From Albugo candida (Eukaryota), in NCBI GenBank assembly GCA_040437565.1, contig JBDOQK010000082.1, forward strand, positions 62,001-90,981: a stretch of 28,981 nt of DNA, in the 5' to 3' direction. The notes beneath the pieces were generated by a model that worked only from the letters and a program-made list of their open reading frames with translations, ran no database searches and was not told the origin of the DNA. Position 1 is the first letter of the stretch. Each line of letters begins with the position of its first letter. The position numbers and the translations under genes were made by a program. This document shows, piece after piece, positions 22,507 to 28,981 of this stretch.

Positions 22507-25288
22507 TTAAGCCGTGAGGCAGTTCATGTCCATCAGGATTAAATTTGGTACGCGTCGGTGAGAACGGTACTTTTTGTCGGCATATTCCACAGCTTTACCA
22601 CTTAACTCTTTGCGGTAAACATCCATGTACCGCTCAGATTTTTGATAGTAGTTCCTTATCTCGGTCAGAATGACCGAATTCAATGCTTTTACCACCACGT
22701 CCTTTAGTCCAGTCCATGAATAATTGCAGCGTTTCCGTGCGTACCGCTTGGCAGAGCCCCAAAAGTTCTCAATGGAGTTGGGTTCACAATGAAATTTTGG
22801 ATAAAGTATTATGATGTAGCCGGCACCAACAATAACCTCTTCTAACATGCATTTCTGCCGAAGAGAGTCCGGTTTATTTACCATGATTTTTCTGGCACAG
22901 CATTCCAGTTCGGTTGTAGGACATTTCACGCGACAGTCAAGCGTAAGGCCTGCACGCCAAAATCCTCGTTCTTCAAGAACAACTTTGATACCGTTTGCCT
23001 TGCCACGAAATTTTTCAATTGTATGATCTTCTGGAAAAACCAATTCCTGGTAAATTCCATTTCCCCAAGTCGTCTGTCGCATCAGATGTTGTTTGCCATC
23101 AGGGCCCAGGTTCATGCGGCTTGCACAGAGCGCATCGTCAGCAAAGGCAGCATGGCTGGTGGCATTGTCAAGGGCAAAGAGGACCTGCATGCCTGGAAAT
23201 TGTGCCTCAAATATGGGGATTGCTCGATGAAGCACCTGGTTGTAGAGGTCTATTGCCTCCCACCATCCGTCGTGCTGAATTCNNNNNNNNNNNNNNNNNN
23301 NNNNNNNNNNNNNNNNNNNNNNNNNNNNNNNNNNNNNNNNNNNNNNNNNNNNNNNNNNNNNNNNNNNNNNNNNNNNNNNNNNCAATGCTTTTACCACCAC
23401 GTCCTTTAGTCCAGTCCATGAATAATTGCAGCGTTTCCGTGCGTACCGCTTGGCAGAGCCCCAAAAGTTCTCAATGGAGTTGGGTTCACAATGAAATTTT
23501 GGATAAAGTATTATGATGTAGCCGGCACCAACAATAACCTCTTCTAACATGCATTTCTGCCGAAGAGAGTCCGGTTTATTTACCATGATTTTTCTGGCAC
23601 AGCATTCCAGTTCGGTTGTAGGACATTTCACGCGACAGTCAAGCGTAAGGCCTGCACGCCAAAATCCTCGTTCTTCAAGAACAACTTTGATACCGTTTGC
23701 CTTGCCACGAAATTTTTCAATTGTATGATCTTCTGGAAAAACCAATTCCTGGTAAATTCCATTTCCCCAAGTCGTCTGTCGCATCAGATGTTGTTTGCCA
23801 TCAGGGCCCAGGTTCATGCGGCTTGCACAGAGCGCATCGTCAGCAAAGGCAGCATGGCTGGTGGCATTGTCAAGGGCAAAGAGGACCTGCATGCCTGGAA
23901 ATTGTGCCTCAAATATGGGGATTGCTCGATGAAGCACCTGGTTGTAGAGGTCTATTGCCTCCCACCATCCGTCGTGCTGAATTCCGGGGTGCATGATCAC
24001 ACATGCTTGTTCTGGCAGCGTCGGAAACTGCTCTTTTTTCTCTTGGTCCAGGGCGAGGCGTCTCGAAATTGGACAAAGGAAGTCACTGGCATGAATAGAT
24101 CTCCCTTGGACTTTCTTGCGCAATGGTTGTTCTCCATCAGGCATACAAAGGCGCTTCAACCCACCATTGGCTGGAAAAGTACTTTCATCAAGGGTCACCA
24201 GAAGAAGTGGTTGAATGTTCGCTGCTGGCCATATTACATCATCTTGTTTTTTCTCGAAATTATCATTTTTTTGCAGGGAAAACAGGCATGCGAGCATCAA
24301 GTTCATATAATCTGGCCAGAAACTTTTGGCGATACTCAATAACATCTTCTCCTTTATGATCATCGATGTAAATCCATTTTGCAGCTCTGGGGTAGGTTGA
24401 GTCCAAGGACTGTAGCCAGCGCATCATCGTTCGTTCTGATCTTTTTGGGCAAGTAGTGTAGCCTAACTCGGGGAGGATTTCTTCATTGGTGTGTTCTGTC
24501 AAGGTTGCAATCTCGACATTGAACTTATTTGCACGGAGGTATTGATGCAGGATAATGATACAGTCCTGACGAAAACTTGATCGCTTGGAGTGTTTCCCTT
24601 GCTTCGACTGAGGCAGAGACCCGTCTTTCATAAAATTTCTGGCCCATGTCCGTCTTGATCTAGAAAAGTAAACCCCTCTTCCTGCTGTATCTAAGATAAA
24701 GGAACTTGCGGCTTTCTTGGTTTTTCCTATTTGGAGTAGTCGAAAGTAGCCGACTAGCGCTGCTTTACGTGCATGTGCCGCATTGATCTTCCCGTTTGGC
24801 TTTCGATTTATTTTTTTCAGATTCTCAACTGCCAAACTGATATCAGCTTTGGTCCACAAAGTAACCACGTCTTCATCAGATCCATCACCCAATTCTGCAT
24901 CATTTTCGTTATCCACATCCACTTCAGCACCAGCTTCTGTAAACATTGGTGTCAGTGTCCAGTATTCAGTCAACGGCTTGGTGCCTCTCGCAGCATCCTT
25001 CAGCACCGCCTTCTTGCGTCTTTGCTTGCGGGACAAATTTCACAAATACCGCACTGGTCGGTTGCTCTCGTTAGTTAGCACTGGAACGAAAGCTCTCTCA
25101 GTATTCCCAACAATCATGGCATCATCTTCCACTTCATTTTCGATCTTCATCTGGGATTAATTTTTACTGCAGGCGCTGCTACATTCAAATTCATGCACGT
25201 CATGTACTTCAATTTTCTGTTTCTTGTTCTCCGCAGCATGTATTGTTGCCATGTACAAGTGTTTCCTTTGCTTTTTTAGACGTGGCAT
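22507..25288 (-). pseudogene. DDE transposase, lightly decayed (2 in-frame stops, 1 frameshift)
   Basis: ATG 25288 (MPRLKKQRK); stops at 25157-25159 and 25040-25042; HTH-like SERTMMRWLQSL; YIDDHKGEDVIEYR; frameshift near the T7 run at 24266-24272; catalytic VTLDESTF, ALDNATSH, PKFHCEPNSIENFWG; C-terminal KYRSHRRV. Confidence 0.9.
22681..23984. other. 602-bp exact duplication (22681-23282 = 23383-23984) around a 100-N gap (23283-23382): unmerged contig overlap
   Basis: The copies are identical at offset 702 and both end exactly at the gap edges. Confidence 0.92.
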
Positions 25289-25476
25289 GGTTAGTTTGAG
25301 AAGCTTCAAGTGCAAAAAAAATAGGGAGGGAGTTATCAACTTCTAAAGTGATATGGCGATTGATTAACCTACCTACATACACTACTCTTGAATGGCTAAA
25401 AAACCGTTATTTGCACGTTAGAAGTATAGGCTGCAAGAAATTAAAATTTTGAAATTTGGCCATATAAATTGGGGGG

Positions 25477-25502
25477 GTGTCGTTTATAAGTGTCTTGCAC
25501 TA
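25477..25502 (-). repeat. Right TIR
   Basis: Reverse complement TAGTGCAAGACACTTATAAACGACAC, followed by TA. Confidence 0.9.
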
Positions 25503-25512
25503 TATTATTTTA

Positions 25513-27774
25513 GGAAACCGCTAACCATCCCCCACCTCTCCTAAATACAGCTTCCTAAATTATGATTACGTTGTTCTAAGAAGCGGTTCCTCAATATTTA
25601 GATTGGCTCAAACGAGCAATCAACTCCATGATAGGACGCAAACCAAAGTGTTCTTGATCATTAACAGTATTCAGAGCATTAAGATGGATCTCAGCATTGG
25701 TTGTGCGAGCCGCATCGTTTTTGTTGAGAGGTTCATTGCACCTTCTTCGGTTGTGTCCTGTTCGTCCACAGTTGCCACATCATCTTTGCGGTCGCACAGA
25801 CGCCTCCAGCACCTCAAACGGCGATAAATTGCGCTGGGCGTATCCTGAAAGACTTCCGCTACCGTGTGGATTTGAAGTGTTTAGGACGTTTTTATCCGAG
25901 ACGGAAATTAGGTGTTCGATAATCACTTTTTTCTGATATTTTGAGCCCTCGTCGTATTGCTCGCAAACCCGTTCTAGTGCTTCATCTTTTGACTGTGCTG
26001 TTACAAAAATTATTTCCTGAGAAGGTTGACGAGCCACCAATGTGTGTGAAAATCATCGCCAGAGAGGCCTCGCGTCAGTTTTGCGGCTTCTCCTGATCGG
26101 AAGGCGTGCTTGTACGGATGAACAAAATGCGAGACAAACATTCATGGACAGTCTCCTTTATCGTCGCTATCTCTATATTAATTAAAGGCTGATTTCGGCG
26201 CTGCCAACGAAACCTTCCCCATCGTCCCGGCAAAGACTTATCTAAACTGCATATCGGCGATTGCACGCTTTCATGTGGTTTGCATTCTGATGACTGCAAG
26301 TTGACCATTGCACGCCAGTAGGCAAGCCGAGTATATCGTCAAAAGGTCGCCTGTTGATACAGCAATCCGCTTCTTCAAAAGAGTGAGCGCTCTCTTCTCG
26401 TAAAGTCGTTGTATAACAAAAATGCAGTTTGCCCCGCAAAAAAGCAGACACAAAATCTTCTTCATGCGCAAGCCAAGTCTCTTTAATGTTTGTCATGATT
26501 TGATGCGGGAAGGCCTTCCCGCATCTCCCTAAGCCAACGTTGGTAAATCTGAGCTGTCGATGACATCATCAACGCATTCCATTGTTCCGTAAAGTCCTTG
26601 GATGCCTCCTCAGACTTAGACGGCCTACGCTGGCTGGCGAGTATATTTTACTGATGTGCCAGCGACAGAGGAGACTTTTTGCTGCAGGAAAAATATCGTC
26701 AAGAGCGTTCTTGAGAGCTAGTTCCCTGTCAGTGACAAAAGTCAGAGGAGGCACCAAGAAGCTCACAAAGGTCTGTTTCAAAAGTCTTTTTGTCCAAAGG
26801 TAGTCCTTGGATCTTTCTGCAGCCATGACTATGTAAGTGAAGTGAACTTTGGCCTGTTGCGCTGACTCCTACAACGTGCAAAAGATGAATATCAGAACGG
26901 CTAGTTTTGTAAGTAGAGTATAGCAAGCAGATCTTCCCAGTACTATAATTGTAACAAAGTTCTTTCGCCGATGAAGGAACCATGAAGAGGTGAGTCAGTC
27001 GCCGTTCCGCGTGAAACTGCGTATGACACGGCGCAGAAGACTTGCAGATTCAAGACCATCAAGAAGGGCAGTCAGCGGTGTTCTACCTCCTAACAAATGC
27101 CTACGTTCCGCGTCACGAATATTATACACATCACGACAAATTACAGTGAAATTGATATAGCGCATTTGTTCGACGATACGCGTAGGCACCTTACTCCACC
27201 GACAATACCTCAAGATTTGTTGCGGTTCATCAATTTTGAGGGCACGGCCTTATGGCTGTACGGCAGCATCTACTAAAGACTCGTGATTATGCTCGAGTTG
27301 ATTGGCCTCAACAACCCAGTGAGCCAAGTCTCCGTTTCCTAGCATTCGGCAAATTATCAGTGTAGACTGGCAGTCTGTTCTACGGCTTCCAGGTACGCAT
27401 TTATGCTGCTTCGACATGAAAATTGCATTATCCGCAGTAGAGCATTTAAGACATATAGCTTTGATTTCACCGTCTACACAGTTTCCAACTCTCCTTGTTC
27501 TTTCGAAAATAAAATACGTAGCCCTCATCTTGAGATTGACGGTTCACTGCTAATCTAGCCTCTTCTAAAGACACGTAGGTAGTATCGGTGATGTCTTCAA
27601 ATTGACTCATGGTTGGCAAAACGGAAGAGTTATGCTATGACAAAACTTTCCATCTTTCGCGTTTCGAATGGACTGTCTTATATTCAAAAAAGGGTACTCT
27701 CTGCAGCCAATCATAACTCGCAATCATAATTTAGGGTCTTGTATTTTATAGGGGTACTGTTAGACAAACGTTCC
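25513..27774 (-). mobile_element. Mutator-like (MULE) DNA transposon with degenerate TIRs
   Basis: Ends GGAA...TTCC; inverted match CCTAAATTATGATT (25554-25567) vs AATCATAATTTAGG (27722-27735), plus AAATACA/TGTATTT and GATTGGCT/AGCCAATC. No 9-bp TSD recognisable. Confidence 0.85.
25591..27610 (-). pseudogene. MULE/FAR1-type transposase pseudogene
   Basis: ATG 27610 MSQFED..YVSLEEARLA..EGY; EHNH; YSTYKTSR..LLHVVG (D.TYKTN motif); FVTDRELALKNAL..IFP....LCRWH; HF.YTTT.REESAH; C-terminal knuckle CGNCGRTGHNRRRC (~25738-25779). Confidence 0.92.
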
Positions 27775-27779
27775 TTGTA

Positions 27780-28981
27780 GATTCTTGAACACCTTGTGCT
27801 GTCGATTCTCTGAATCTTTAGGTCCCTTGAACAAGGACCTTAAGATCTTAAGCTTCTTGAGTCGTTAAGTCGTGTTATCAAAGAACTAAATTTCTCGTTG
27901 GCAGATAGCCTTCCCCTGACAAAGAGCTATAGTTCCGCTACACTACGAGTTTTGTCATGAAATTTTGAGGTGCACGATTTTTGTATGATTCTACGGCTAT
28001 TAGCGGCAAAGATCAATTCACGTTTGCGACACTACCTTATTCAGGTGGTCACAGTGACAATTTCAACCGATGGATAAAATATTGAAAGCAAGAAAAATTG
28101 AAGCATGTCTACTTGACCATCAAAAAAGTCAAATTATCCACGTCGACAGGATAATGACCTACAAAAAAACTATCGATAGGAGGAAAAAAAGTACAACGAA
28201 CTTTGTTGCTGTATTAGTTTGCATCCGATATCTTGAGAAATATTCCGGAGCATTTGACAATCGATTCGACGAGAGCACTGCTGCTCTTACAAACTTTTGA
28301 CCAACAGGGCATATCGACATGGAGAAATAGTCTAATGTTTTAGCGCTCTTCTCGGGATAAAGTATCCAAATTTTGATATCAAATCGATTGGAAAAATTTA
28401 GATTTGATTGAATTTGCTACGAAGACGTCATTATCACATGAGTTAATAAGTGTGGTTCCACTGAAAATAAGCACTGCATTACGAAGCAGTTACTCGTAAT
28501 TCAAATACCTAAATTGTTTGGTGACGTCTCAATGTGATGTATAAGTTTTCGAGTTAATTCCAACTTTTGTAGAAATGAGCATTAGTAAACTCGCTCTCAC
28601 GTCTCGAGAGCTTTTTCCAAAAGAGGGACAATTGACTTGCGAAACAAGCATTTGTACACGAATACTATGATGAAGAAGAAATGAAATGAACCAGAGATGC
28701 CTTGTGGCAAGCTCCGTGGCGAACTATCAAATGATATCACCCAGCTACCGTGTAGAACCCACTCGCTTTTATTCCATCTCTCGGATCATAAAGAGAAAAA
28801 TTGTAATACCGTTTTCTTTGGTAGTCCCTAGCATCTAAAAGAAAAACATTTCTAGCTTTTGCACGATCTCGACTCTCGCCACATTAGTTATTTTGGAAGT
28901 GTAATGACGCAGCATATACAGAGCGTGTTCACATGTTTGCGGCTACAGAAAAATATTAGTTAGCGTGCTTTGCTGATTTTT
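27780..28981 (+). mobile_element. Decayed L1-type LINE RT fragment (inverted copy of 13082-14263), continues past the window
   Basis: ILEHL, LYDSTAISG, LLDHQKSQII, IRYLEKY, NDITQLPCRTHS in broken + frames. Confidence 0.6.

Larger units (their letters stand above)
22161..25502 (-). mobile_element. IS630/Tc1/mariner-superfamily DNA transposon (~2640 bp after removing the gap artefact)
   Basis: 26-bp TIRs, TA on both sides (22159-22160 and 25503-25504), internal DDE transposase on the minus strand. Confidence 0.9.

Noticed and set aside
22507..24363. 618-aa ORF that looks like a transposase with a tandemly duplicated catalytic domain
   Set aside because: The 602-bp copies are identical and end exactly at the 100-N gap, and the 702 offset keeps frame by chance. 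This is an unmerged contig overlap, and the ORF's N-terminus is also out of frame.
22995..25160. Plus-strand ORFs of 99-205 aa
   Set aside because: They are antisense shadows of the transposase with no independent motifs.
25504..25512. MULE 9-bp target-site duplication
   Set aside because: Left flank ATTATTTTA and right flank TTGTAGATT do not match adequately.

Overview
Eukaryotic, most likely oomycete (Peronosporales-like), gene-poor region made almost entirely of decayed, nested transposable elements. I see no intact host gene, RNA gene or CRISPR array. Left to right: a degenerate Ty1/copia element (~0.6-4.9 kb, +); an L1-type LINE 3' fragment (~4.95-6.9 kb, -); a decayed repeat-protein gene resembling a WY/LWY-domain RXLR effector, with ~330-bp internal repeats (~7.3-10.3 kb, +); an unassigned stretch; a LINE RT fragment (~12.3-14.26 kb, -) ending in a perfect fold-back hairpin at a gap; a second effector-like fragment; an old minus-strand LINE split by a younger plus-strand LINE (16527-19713) with a perfect 14-bp target-site duplication; an IS630/Tc1/mariner element with TIRs, TA TSD and an unusually long DD132E spacing (22161-25502); a MULE 10 bp further on (25513-27774); and a LINE RT fragment that is the inverted copy of 13082-14263. 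There are three 100-N gaps. Every long near-identical duplication lies at or next to one of them, so some are probably assembly artefacts. I found no convincing novel biological system. The best leads are the DD132E transposase, an apparent effector module-swap junction, and the reconstructable nested insertions. All family assignments come from motif recognition by eye, not database searches.
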